A stretch of DNA of 64,000 bases, from assembly GCA_951406725.2 (NCBI GenBank), contig OX597832.1:8618001-8682000 (forward strand), written 5' to 3'. How positions within the stretch are numbered: position 1 is the stretch's first letter; the number at the start of each line of letters is the position of its first letter. Of this stretch, positions 41,251 to 54,606 are shown piece after piece. Source of the stretch: Octopus vulgaris. Lineage: Eukaryota. A program made the translations under genes and the position numbers. The notes under the pieces were generated by a model. It worked only from the letters and a program-made list of their open reading frames with translations, had not been told where the DNA came from and searched no databases.

Positions 41251-42699
41251 CTCCCTTTCATTAAGCCTCTTTTTTTTCCAATCATATCACCATGTTGGAC
41301 CGTTGAACTCTCTCAGAGTTTGTTTACCATTTTGATCCACGCAGAACACTCTAAAATTAGGAATTTCTAGCTTTTGTCATTTTCTACATTCACACATCAC
41401 ATGAGTCGAATATCCTTATTTTCATCGAAGCAATGTATTTTTAGTACTACTCGGTACATTTGTTTAATTGTTTGCCGAATTTAGGAAACACTATTCTAAA
41501 TTTTTATATATCTATATAAATTGATTCAAAGATGTGGTATGAATAACAGAGTCTTTATTTAATGTATTCTATTGCATTAATTCATCCCCAAATTAACTGT
41601 ATACAATGGCGAAACTATAGAACACGATGAAAAATCCTTCATGTATTATATTTAAGTTCCTAATTATCAATCCTCATTGTGGACGAAGAGGAAAGAAAAC
41701 ACAAGAATGAAATTTCAATAAGTTCAAATATAATTAATTTGTGTATAATATGAATCTACTTCATAAACCTCTTTGTTTAACTATGACAGAAGAAAATTTC
41801 CTGTTCAAAAGGAATAATAATTCATAAGTAGTACATTTGCAGATAACTGAAGAAAAGCTGATCTCCATTTTAAATGATTTAATATATTTAATTAACGGTA
41901 AGTCGTTTTATGATAGTAGGATGAAGTACTAGAAATTCAGAACAAGGAAAACAATCCCCTCTAAACAACAGAAAATTACAATGCAACATTATTGAGTGGT
42001 ATTTATCAATGTCACTTAGAATATAATAAATATAAAGCAAAGTATTTGAAAGCTCTATAAGAGAGAATTTCCGAAAAAAAGTAAGAGGTGTTCCAAGCGA
42101 GATCATTATACAGAAGGACATTAAATGTATCTACATGTACATATTTCTGTGAGTAACAACAAGAATAAACATTGAGAAATCAAGCAACATGTGTGCATAA
42201 AGCAGAAATTATACTGTAATAATGTGGCACACTACAAGCTATTTCATATATATTTCATATGAACCAGCTGTTCATATCTTATCAACTTACAATCTGCAGA
42301 GCTCGAATGACATCTGATGTAACAACAAACTCAAGGTATATTGTCCTACACTTTATTCAATATCATTTTTGGATCTCATAGTATTGGATTTGAGGGATAT
42401 TTGGTTGATCTATCTAGGAGATCCTTTCCCAAATAGAGGCTGTTAGCAATCATAATCTGCATCCAAATATTCTGTAAAGGACCGACTATCTCATTAGCAT
42501 GCTTAGAAAATTATTATGCAGAGTAGCAGTACATAATTAACGTGTATAATGGAAATACAGATGTTAAATCTATCTTACCCATTGAGGTGACTATCGCTCC
42601 CATCTGTGTGTAACTCGATATTAATCCTTATAGAAAAATTGTTTAGCGTTTCAGGCGAGATAATCTCATTCTTGTGCAGATTTAATGTGTACAGGAACA

Positions 42700-42926
42700 C
42701 ATTTTTCAGATTACTCAGAAAGAGATTACGATATAATTGACACATTAGTGATTCAGTGCCTCCGTTATTCCTAGAATATTCCACTTCTCACACATACCCC
42801 TTACTTACATTCTCATCTATTCCTCCTAGCCCTCCCCTATTCCTTTTATCTTGATAGTTCTCCTCTTCCATCCCCCTCACGATATCTTGACCACCATCTA
42901 ACACTCATTTTAAAGATTTTTCTCCC

Positions 42927-42973
<47 letters not shown>

Positions 42974-43500
42974 CTCTTACTTTCTTTCTGCTTCCCTTCC
43001 CTATTCCTTTTGACTAATACCATTCGCCTCCTAAAATACTTATATATTTTCTTCTCTCTATCTACTACTACCCCACTAGTACGATCTCAAAATTTCATTT
43101 ACCCCACAAGACCACTTTGAATGATCAGCGCATGGAATTTATGTCCCCACAATATCCACTTATAATAACAAAGTATGAACTCCTATCGGAATCTATATAC
43201 CATTGAGAAGAAACTTTTCTAGCAATTTTATACAGCACTTTCCTTGGATAGTGTAACTGCAACTATAATATCCTACATATATTATTACTGATATTTTTTA
43301 TTCTCTTATTTACCTTTATAATTCCTATATCCATTCTTTTCCAAAATAACTCTCATGTCGTCTCTGATGAAGAGATCTCCCTAATATCCCAGAAAGAGAA
43401 AAGCAAAACTACCTTTCTCTTCATAAATGTCCTATATATTCCACACAGCCTTGGCTTTGTTGTCTCATTTGAGTCCATATACACACACCACACGTATTCC
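42700..43500 (+). mobile_element. Decayed Penelope-like 3' region with hammerhead remnant
   Basis: GTCT-CTGATGAAG at ~43360-43373 followed by ATATCCCAGAAA, with CT-rich flanks similar to 14720-15140. Confidence 0.4.
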
Positions 43501-44598
43501 GGTTGGAAAAAACCCCAGATCTGATGGGAGAGGTTGAAAGAAGAGGAGATAATAGTCTTGGGGCCCCCCAAAACGAAGGTGCGTATGTGTGTCAGTATAT
43601 GAGCAAGTGTATGTCATATGCTTTCCTCATAAGAAAAAGGGAAATCATATTCAGTAAGTTAGAGGGGTCTTCCGTATTCTCGAAGATCAAATAAGATTCT
43701 GAATAATCACTCTATACTGATTTTATACCTCAAACGTTTCGGTCTGAGACGATTTAGTGCAAATTGTTCAACATCATTCATTGAACTGGATATTATACGT
43801 GCACAGCTACAATTTCTGATCTCCTGATAACTCTTCTTCTCAGACAAGAGAAACAACGGAAGATGCAGCTGCGCTGATGATTAAAGAATTGTGGCTGCTA
43901 CCGTTTATTGTTCACGTACGAGGCTCTTTCTTAAACGGAGAGACTATGGAACTGGCGATAATTTCTGGACGTAAGCCTACGTTTACTCCGGAAGCTGAAT
44001 TGTCAATGATCACACGTAAGATATACATCCGTGATCTGCATTGCAGATAAATTTAATTACGCAATGAATATTAATACTGGTGTTGTTGAGGCACTTTACC
44101 TCGGGTTATTTTGTCCTTTGTAAGAGACTTATCGAATGAAAAGAGAAACCACGGACGTCTTTACTTCATCTCAACTGCAAGATGCTGCCGGGAATAGTGT
44201 CTATAGCGACGTAAATATCTCTGTTACATGTTTCACTCACCTGGGGCTCGTCAGCATCAACCTGACTGCTGAGATAACGTCAACGTAGATATCAAAGAAT
44301 CTTATCTACCCTTATACAGACATATGTTATGAGAAATAGGAGATAATCACTTCTGAAGTAGTCTTACGGCACACTTGTTCAGCGGTTAAGTTTCCGATAT
44401 CCTCTCCCACAAAATTCGTTGTCAAAATTCGTTGACACTCTTCCATTATGTAGCCTGATGTTGATTTTGAACTGACGGTTTTTAAAGAAGACGTTTCATC
44501 TCTCAGGACTTGCATGTTATCATTTTAGTCGCAGAGGGTTTATTTATATGATAGGTGGTACATATTATGAACATCGCTGAAAGTGGTCTAAAATGAAC

Positions 44599-44672
<74 letters not shown>

Positions 44673-46795
44673 GAACGCGAATGCTTTTTTTTTTTTGCTC
44701 AATACTGGTTATACTATCTTGTATAAAGAACACTGATATTTATGATTAATTTACAATATTTCCGCAGTTAAGGAACCTCAGGAATCTGTCTATAAATCTA
44801 TCTATCTACAACTCTATCAAAATCAAACGTATATAATATTTATTTTCATAATTTTATTCAGCGATTTTCGTATCATACCTAAAGGCAGCAATTAAATTAA
44901 ATAAAATATATCACTTATTTCTTTTCTCAACATATTTTTTAAACTTAAACGCTTATAGAGAGAAACAACATAAGAAAAATAAATTGCATGTGTAATTCTA
45001 TTGAGTTGTGTTGCTTGCATTCGTGCTGTTCCGGTAAATAAATACCAAAGGTTAGTATTCTAAATCTAATAGTGATTTAACAGCAATTCTCATTACATTT
45101 TTAGTACGTGGGGGTAATGGGGAAGTGGGAGGGATACGCTCCGATCATATCTGTTCATTACTGAATATGGCATACATTTTAGAATATTTTCCTTACTATT
45201 CAAATAAACTTATCGTTGGTGCTGACTAAATACTTTAACTAACCCTTGTACCGAATCTCTATATTAGAGGCGAATATCATATAAAGTTTGCAAACAGGAA
45301 AGCAGAAAAGAAATGTATATTGATGAGAGTTGTTCCTCGTTAATCTTTCACAGATATTGCATTTATTTCATTAATATTTTAATGTGTTAAATATTCTACC
45401 TATTGATATAGCTATTCATTATGTGCTCCATTGTAGAATATAGTTTGCGCATTTATATTTATATGAAACACTTACGCGTGTCTTTCTGTTTATCTGTGGG
45501 CATTGTTCATTGCTAACGTAGTATTTCTCATATGTTTGCCTCTACATTACACAATGTGCTTAGACGCTATGCCAAATCCTATTCAAATGCACACAAAAGC
45601 GCAACTCCATTACATTCTCAATAAACTCTAGTCTAACAAATCAATTTCTTTTATTAATAAAATGACTTAGAAAGAGCTGCAGTCAAGCCTCAAACCTTTC
45701 TATTCAAATTCGCAAACTAAGACTGTAATTCTTTGCTGTTATAAAGAATTCTCTTATCTTATACAAATTTTACTTCATTACTCAATTATCTGCTTGGATT
45801 TGGCCAAGATTTAAAATTAATACTCTCTGCATTTCCTAAACTGTTCAAGTGGAAAACATTATCGTTCAATTATATAATTATAGGAAATGCTATAAACGAC
45901 ATATCAAAATAAATAGTCTTCATAAAAAGCTATTTCTGCTTAAATCTAACCGTGGGGTAATCTTTACTTGATTACAAAACGGTCTGATCTGTATATTGTT
46001 CAATTAATGGCAACACAGTTCTGTGGAGCGGACCGACTTTATATGAGTCCATAAAGCGCAGAATCATAATGAACATTTATATTTAAAATGAGACCAAATT
46101 TTAAGAGCTGTCTACGATCGATTAGTTCGACCTCAGTCTAGTTCGGGTAACATTCTAAATAAGTAGTTAGTTGACATGAGTAGTTAGATAATCACAATAT
46201 CTTTCGTCTGGCATCGCAACATGGCATCATAAAAACTGAGATGACATTTTGCATAGCATTGACAGCGATATAGTGACTGAAATTATGATTAGGTGACCAT
46301 GCATGAAAATCTTTCATCATTATCTATTTGCTTAGGCAGACTTTCTTTGCGCCTAAACATCAACAACTTATACCATTAAAAACATCGGTAAACTTGTCAA
46401 CGAAGAGACTTTGCCATCAGACCTGCTAGAAATACAAACCAAATATCTCAAAATCGAGAACGTCGGTGCCATTTAGTTTGACATATTCTGCGATAAAACA
46501 TGTATGAAAGGATGGGAAGGTCACAAATGAACCATGTAAACAATGGTAGTTTGTACTTATTGACACCTGAAAGGAAAGGGACAAGACTTCTTTGCTGTCT
46601 GTATTTTAATGTGGATTTCCATGATTTCCTATAAGCTTATTACCATCAGTAAAATGTCCTGATTAATTTCTAAGCAATGAATAAAAAAAAAGTGAAAAAA
46701 GAAAAAAAATGTGAGACATAGCGATGTGTTTTTGTGTGGCGAGGATATATAATCTTGCATTTAACATGTGTACACATTGAACTGAACGTAGCAAT

Positions 46796-47202
46796 GCGTT
46801 CTTGATAACTTTATCCATGTTTTCGGATTTTCATCACGTAATACATATATTATAATGAATGTATTAGCAAATGTAGAAAGTGCAATGAGTGCAGTGATTT
46901 GAAAAAGATACATTTCCTCAACTTTCGATAAAAAAGTAAATGAAACGTTAATCAAAATATATTTTCTCTTCAGTTCCTTAACGCCTTCAACAATGATCAT
47001 CATTAGTCGACTTAGAATAACCGTAAACTTTAAGATGGACTGTGGAATGCCAGGGTCGAACAGTTTGTGCCCAATCATAATGGTATTAACAGCTAAGCAT
47101 TCTGAATTTGCTTGAATCTGGAAATTATAGTCTTGTTCTTCCATACTAGTGTTTATATATCTTCTTGACAGCAAATTCAACGTTACTGAACATTGAACAT
47201 AC

Positions 47203-47272
<70 letters not shown>

Positions 47273-47726
47273 CCTCTTATTTCGCGTGTTAATGTTTGTT
47301 CAATGTTCAGTAACGTTGAATTTGCTGTCAAGAAGCGCGAGTAAGTAAGATATATAAACACTGGTATGGAAGAACAAGACTATAATTTCCAGATTCAAGT
47401 AAATTCAGAATGCTTAGCTGTTAATACCATTATGATTGGGCACAAACTGTTCGATCCTGGCATTCCACAGTCCATCTTAAAGTTTACGGTTATTCTAAGT
47501 CGACTAATGATGATCATTGTTGAAGGCGTTAAGGGAGGGAAGAGAAGAAGATATTTTGATTAACATTTTGAAGATATTTCATTTACATTTTCATCGAATG
47601 TTAACGAAATGTATTTTTTTCAAATCACTGCACTTGTTGCGTTTTCTATATTTGCTAATACATTCAATATAATATGTGTACTACGTGATGAAAATCCGAA
47701 AACATGGATAAAGTTCTCAAGAATGC
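46796..47726. repeat. Large inverted duplication (46796-47206 / 47290-47726) around (TA)n
   Basis: Both arms translate to nearly identical MEEQDYNFQIQ...RDENPKTWIK peptides on opposite strands. Confidence 0.95.
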
Positions 47727-48180
47727 TTCTCCAAGGAATGAAAATGTATTTTGTGAAGCATTATGTTGATTGCACACATCGAGCTAACAATACACATTTA
47801 CTTTCGCAGATAGCTGGAAACATTGTACAGATTTTTGGTATTGTCGCCACAACTTGCATTAATGGCATTCCACAATAAGTCCCAAACGTTTTCTGACTCT
47901 TTTGTGCACTGTAATATAACAACATTTTAAAAAAGTACTTTGGGACTCGGTGGACTTCGATAACATCCGGGTCAGAATTAGAAATTGGTCTTTCAAATGC
48001 ATTCCCACTGTCAGAGTAATTAAGAGATCTATTGCTTCGTTCTGTAAATTTTAATGGATTTTTTGTTTCATTTCAAGGAAACTATGGAAGAAGGAAGCGG
48101 CAACAAAAAATCAACACTCTCATTATTATCTAAGTTTCAGTATTTGCTATTTTCGGATTGCCGTTCACATTCATCAATGA
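47366..48180 (+). pseudogene. Decayed rhodopsin-class (neuropeptide receptor-like) GPCR remnant
   Basis: TM1-like ITALVAFSIFANTFNIICVLR, TM3-like IVQIFGIVAT/LALMAF, TM5 end FCFISRKLW (48061-87) and TM6 RRKRQQKINTLIII*VSVFAIFGLPF (48089-48166), with frameshifts and stops. Confidence 0.55.
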
Positions 48181-48249
48181 ATGACATGATTAAAGAAGAA
48201 CACTCTGGTGGAGATTGAAAAATTTGAAACCGAGGAAGAACAGCAGCTA

Positions 48250-48813
48250 ATTAGTTAGTTAGTTAGTTAGTTAATTTCGCTCAAAAGCAAATAGCAAGGC
48301 CATGTAGGGGGACATGGAGTTAAGTACAGGGTGGTGTTCATGTAAAGAGTTCAGGCCACTTGAGGTCCAGGGAGGCTTTGAACAAAGCGGTCGTCGGCAT
48401 CTTCACCATCTCGTCTGGCAGCTTGTTCCACGGATCCGCAACCCGGACGGAGAAAGCTCCTCTCCTTCGATTTAGAGGAAATCGTCGCAGGTAGAGCTTT
48501 TCGGAATGACCCCGCAGCCGACGCTCTGGAGCAGGAGTGAAGAACAGCTCCTTCGAGAGGTTACACTTCCCGCTTATGATGTTGTGGGCGAGAATGAGAT
48601 CACCACGGCGGCGGCGTTTTTCAAGAGAATAAAGGTCGAGCGTCCTCAGCCTTTCTTCGTAGGACAAATTTTTGAGACCATGAACCATGCGGGTAGCCAG
48701 CCTCTGGACTCTTTCGAGATGCTGTATGTCTTTGAGGAGATAAGGAGAAGAGGCTTGAATCCCATACTCCAATATGGGTCTCACCAGCGTGACATAGAGT
48801 GGTACGAAGACAT
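48250..48813 (-). mobile_element. 5'-truncated CR1-clade LINE 3' end with (TAAC)n tail
   Basis: LYVTLVRPILEYG...LERVQRLATRMV.GL..LSYEERL..L.LYSLEKRR.RGDLI...RGHS.KL...FSVRV...WNKLP, uninterrupted. Plus strand shows (TTAG)n at 48250-72. Confidence 0.92.
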
Positions 48814-49068
48814 GTACGTATAAATGTATACATGTAACTTTATATCTCGCTCTTTTTCTGTATATGTATGTATATATGTGTGTGTGTGCGTGTGTATATG
48901 TATATAAACATATGCATGCACATATGTATATCTGCATGTGTGTGCTGTAGGTTTGGATGCACATGTGTGTATTATTTATTATATATATATATATCAATAT
49001 ATATATGTATGTATGTATCTATCGGTATATATATCTCTCTGTCTGTTTGTCTGTCTATATCTCTCTTT

Positions 49069-49102
<34 letters not shown>

Positions 49103-49109
49103 CTATATA

Positions 49110-49154
<45 letters not shown>

Positions 49155-49182
49155 AAATAAGCAACAGGATAACCAGCGGTGA

Positions 49183-49268
49183 TGCAGTACGACTGTTTCA
49201 AGCGGCTCCATTTAATTAAGCACTCCAACCATTGCATCAATTTAAAAGCAGAGCTATTCTCAGGTGCA
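49183..49268 (-). ncRNA. Degenerate hammerhead motif with long stem II
   Basis: Minus strand TGCAC-CTGAGAA-TAGCTC...GAGCCGCTT-GAAAC-AGTC-GTA-CTGCA. Confidence 0.5.
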
Positions 49269-49472
49269 TTATTAAATAATTAAATTCAATTAATTTTGTC
49301 AGTCGGACACATTTCTATAATTTTGCTTAAATCATATAACAGAGTAAGAAGGCAAAGTCCGTGGCTTTTTTCACTTATTTTAATTATATGTATCATACTC
49401 TGAAATTGTACGGACAATACCGCACTAATTGTTGTTGCCTCAACTTAAGTCCGTAATTCATCCGAATCTCAA

Positions 49473-49544
<72 letters not shown>

Positions 49545-49613
49545 AAAGACGGAGACAGGTACATAAACAACAGGCAGGTGTATTGGTTTGACACTCGCGA
49601 ATGTTACAAAGTC

Positions 49614-49644
49614 TTTTACGTTTCGAGCCTACGCTCTTCAACAC
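49614..49644 (-). ncRNA. PLE-type minimal hammerhead variant (degenerate core)
   Basis: Minus strand GTGTTGAA-GAGC GTAG GCTC-GAAACGTA-AAAG. Confidence 0.45.
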
Positions 49645-49789
49645 AAAGGAACAAGACGAAATAAACGGAGACGGAGTAACTTACCGGTAAGCATTTATAT
49701 ATATACACACACACATACACACACATAGATATATACACATATATACCTGTATAAATATATATATATATATGTATGTATATATATCTATG

Positions 49790-49870
<81 letters not shown>

Positions 49871-51323
49871 TTGTATGTATGTTTATGTGTGTGTTTACGA
49901 ATATGAATACATGCATATATTACATCCTTGATTACTGACACAGATGATCAAAAATATCAAAGTGCGATTTATCTCTGTTAGCCTGAAAGAACTAGAATTA
50001 TTAATTAGCACCGTATTCTTTAAAAGTAGAATCGCGTGCGAATGTGTAAGCTTTAGATGTGTTGATATTTTTTAGTGCTACGTACGAAATCTTTTAATCA
50101 TAGCTTTGAAGTCCATAATGAATATTAAATGCTAAACGAAATGGAACAGATCAAATTCAAAATTAACATCAACTTTTTTTCTGAATTAAGTGAATATCCC
50201 GTATTCTGAGAAGAGGAAATCACAGCAAAATACATTTTACAAATGTATGGAATATGTACGTTGTTGTTTATACCGATTATATGGAAGTAGAATGAAATCT
50301 CATGAACATATATGTTGCTATGTAATTGAAATTATTAAAGTCGATAAAGATTTTAAATTCATTTAGAGAAATCATAGAAAGTAGACAAACGACTTAAATA
50401 CATCTAGGGAATTAGAAAATATGAAAAATATTGAAAGCTGTTTAGAGAAATATATCAATTTTGGAATTCTAGGTTGAAGAATCTCATCTGTACCGAACGT
50501 ATTTTCGTCTCAAGGCACACTAAACTGACGTACACGGTGCTGGTTATAATATACGTTGATTATTTAAACAGGTGCTAGTAATATAATTAAGCTGATATGA
50601 TTTTTGTGATATAGACGAGACGGAAAAAACGGGGTATTTTAGAAATCAATGCAATTCTTTCGGTACATCAGTATCAACTGTATATTGCAATATTATACAC
50701 ATCATTTTACAAATATAATCCAACAATAGCATTACTAATGTACGTCTTCGAGTGAGGAGAGAACAAAGGCATACATTCATATACATACATTCACACACAC
50801 ACAGATATCCTCGCATCAAAATTATTTTGCACAAATACTACGGACATTTGCGAATTTCAATATGCATATACACTGAAAGAAGCCCTACTGTATGATAGCA
50901 TATAATAGCCGTTTCGCGTATTCGAACTTCGGAAAGCATGCACTAAAGTTATTAATTGATAATGCAATAAGAAATGCATATGTATAAAAAGTCAGAGTGA
51001 GAAGTGAAAAATAGACAAAAATAGACAAAAATAGCGGAAGCATAATGGACAGAAAAGGGAGACGAAAACAATGCAAAAAATATTCGCGATTGATTCTCTC
51101 ATCGGTTGTTTTCCGAGACGTCATGGTGGTTTCACGCTATTTAAAACTAAGACCATTGTCATCTAACGGGAGCGCCAGAGCATAGAGCTACAGGAAAGAG
51201 ATGATGAATATGTGCAAGGAGAGGACAAAGTAACGTTATATACAAGAGAAAATGCCATACGAGTGTAAAATATGTAAGCGGTATAATTATACGTATACAG
51301 TACCAAAACGATACAATACAAAT

Positions 51324-51374
<51 letters not shown>

Positions 51375-51474
51375 TAATCCAAGCAAGAAAACACAAAAGC
51401 AAAAAAACACAGCAACGCGAAGACGTGGAACAATTAAAGTATTATTTGACGCTCAGGAAAGAAGGGAAGGGGGG

Positions 51475-51507
51475 TTTAACGTTTCGAGCGGAGCTCTTCG
51501 TCGGAAA
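51475..51507 (-). ncRNA. PLE-type minimal hammerhead variant
   Basis: Minus strand TTT-CCGACGAA-GAGC TCC GCTC-GAAACGTT-AAA. Confidence 0.5.
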
Positions 51508-51568
51508 CAAGGAGAAGGAAAGATCCCGAGAAGGGAACACAGAGGAAAAAATATTTTTGCTGGTGGTG

Positions 51569-51621
<53 letters not shown>

Positions 51622-54303
51622 GTACATATTTTTTGAAAATTTGGGAGTATGATATATAGTTGAGTGTGTAACGATAAGCTCAGTAACTGACTGATTTACA
51701 ATTCACTAGATTATAGATATTGTGTTACTGAACTTTTAATCTACTCAAAGAAATGTCTATAAAAGGGGAATCATAAATCAATGATATAAAGAAAATATTA
51801 TGTATGAAAATTGAAATATAATTAGTCATCTTAATTTGTAAATTAATAGATTCTAAAATGTGGTTAGGCTTCTCGAATTGCAAATTTCATGTAGTAGGAT
51901 ACGGCTGTATAATGTACATAATTCGATTTAGCTGAACGTTTTGTCTGTCACGAAGGAATATATATTTAAATATGCGATAATTACTAAATTACTTTAATTC
52001 TAGGTATAATCTAATTACACGGGCGCTAGAAATATTTTTGAAGATAATATAAATATAAAATGGTTTATATTAAAAACAATCCCTTAAAATGCATTGAGAA
52101 TTTTTATAGGGAATAACGTAGAGCTGTAAATTAAGGACGTATGAATTACGATGGAGCTTTCATTCTGGTTTTATTGTTCTTTTTCTTTTAACTGGAAGTA
52201 AAATGTGAAACGTTCAATTATAATACAAACGTCTAAATAAGTTAAGCAATGAAACGGATATGAATTAATTTAATTAAGTATGGAGAAAATTATTCAAGGA
52301 GGAGGAAATAAGAATACCACCAGCTAATACGTAAAATTAGCTGTTGTATATTCAGGATTTCCACCAAATTACCGAGCTTTGAATTTAGTCGAAATCAACT
52401 TTGCTTTCCATACGTTCAGCGTCAATAAGAACATTAGCTGTTCGGAGAGTTACATGAGCAGAATTGCTTGAGCATCTGGAGAGAATCGCTCTACCTTTTT
52501 AGGATCTAGGCTTTACTTACTTAGACAAGGTTACGAAGCTCTAACAATCTCACCTTTTCTGGGGAAAATTTCGTGGAATAGCTAATTGCAAATCATAATA
52601 AAGGCAAACCCTTTGTCACGTAACAATAATCAGTGGCCTCGAGCATAACGTTCTGCAGAAACGTCAGGTGAGGTAGCGGGAGAGAAGAAGCGATTCAGGT
52701 TTCAGTTTATTTTTGAAATCCTGTCTACCGTCTAAAGTTATCGGATATGAAACTCAATTTGACAGGAAAAATCGATTACATTACTGAAAATACATCTGGA
52801 AAGCTGTCAATGTGCATTGAATTTCTATAAATATAAGTTTTACAAAGTGAATTGAGTGAACGACACGTTTTATTCCGTAGTACAACAATATATTCTTCGC
52901 CAGGTTTTCCAGCAGATCATTCCTGAAATATATAATTAATGATATTAAAACAACATATCAGTATTATTCAAGCAATATTGGTAAGTAGCAATTCTTAAGG
53001 TATACGAACAAACATTTTGCTAAACGGAATCAATACTCTAGCAATTTTGTTAATCAATCGCTCCGACGGAGTAACATTTGTAATGAAGCTGAATTCACAG
53101 AAAGCAAGGTTGGTCGCAACTGAAGTTCAAATCAGAAATTTGGTGGAATAATCGGTTACCTGGAGTGATCATTGTAAATACTATATTACGGAAAATAAAT
53201 ACTTTAATTATTTTTCGAGAATTAAAGATGACTAAATAACTTGCAGTGAAAAAAAGATAAATGTAAGTGATAATGGTGGACATATCAGGAATTCTGCTAA
53301 TCACGTGTGTATAAGATCAAAAATATAATCACAGATGACAAAAAGACAAACGAACACGCAATCCAGCGAGAAAAGCATTTAAAATAACTGTTAACATGGC
53401 ATACTCGCTCATACAAGCATCCACAAAAATGTGAGCATACGCAAACATGAGGTTTGGTGTACTCATGATCACAAAGCGAGTTATCTATCTACTTGGTGTT
53501 TATAAGAATGAGAAGGTTAAAAGTCATCCATACATTAAAGTAAATAAAAGTATGTTAACGGTTACTCAAAATCCATTGCCACTGCACTGTGCGAAAACAC
53601 ATTTATATACATGAACGCGTCTCGAGGGTCGTTTAGACATTCTATAAATAATCTTATCGTTAGTCCACGAAATAGACAAGGATTCCTCAGAGCAGAGACG
53701 GCATCACCTAGAAATTATATTGAAATCCTTAACATGGACCAGATTTGCTCTACTTCCTTTCATCGTCCTTCAGTCACCATACAAAATCTGCCAAAGATGT
53801 TGCATGTCTTAAAGCTGTCAACATGGATACGATAATGATTCTTAAATGAATCAGCCTAACGTAAACATGCGGCCCTCCCCTTGTGTGCGAGATACATTTA
53901 TATACAAGATTTGTACTCATACAGAGATTCATCAAAGGACATTTTGATTTTTCTCTGCATGAGCATTTATCTTATATATTTGTAAATAAGACTCCATTTA
54001 CTGGCGTTGTTACCGTGTTAGCTGTATCATAAATATTTCTACATCTACAAATTGATCGTAATTTGTCTTTACCATTGTGGCTTACATCTCCTTGGTTGGT
54101 GTTTAGATGCACATTTTCGCTAGATCCAGTAGGTGGGTTACTGAAACTTTACCGCATTTGGTCGTTTCTCTTTTCGCCATCGGTGATTTTGTTATTGTGT
54201 TCTTCTATATAAATGAAGATAATTCCTCCGTCTGGTTACTTTTTCTACAAAACGTGAGGTTACATTGCGAACAGTTATTTTCACCAACTGTATTGATTTA
54301 GTT

Positions 54304-54606
54304 ATCACACGATGAGATACATCTACACTACCAGATACTCCTGAACCAGTTGTTGAGTGCCCCACAAGACGAATTTATGCTAGATGTGTCGAAACAATTG
54401 CCGTAATTAATAATATATTCTCGTACATTCCATCTTCCATTTTTAATCTGCCATATACATAACGATTACTGTGAAAGTAACTGTGCTTTACGAGTAAGGT
54501 ACCAGGTGGAAACTCTTCGTATTATCACCCATTATATTTTGTCTTAAAAACTGACTAGATGCCGGAGCGGTTTTCTGCCCCGACATCCGAAACTCGGAGT
54601 TTTATT
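54304..54606 (+). ncRNA. Two degenerate hammerhead motifs (54304-54407 and 54546-54606)
   Basis: First: ACGATGA-GATACATCTA...TAGATGTGTC-GAAAC-AATT-GCC. Second: CTGACTA-GATGCCGGAGCGG TTTT CTGCCCCGACATC-C-GAAAC-TCGGA-GTT. Confidence 0.55.

Noticed and set aside
52668-52690. TGAGGTAG let-7-like seed
   Set aside because: The rest of the mature let-7 sequence and a hairpin are absent.
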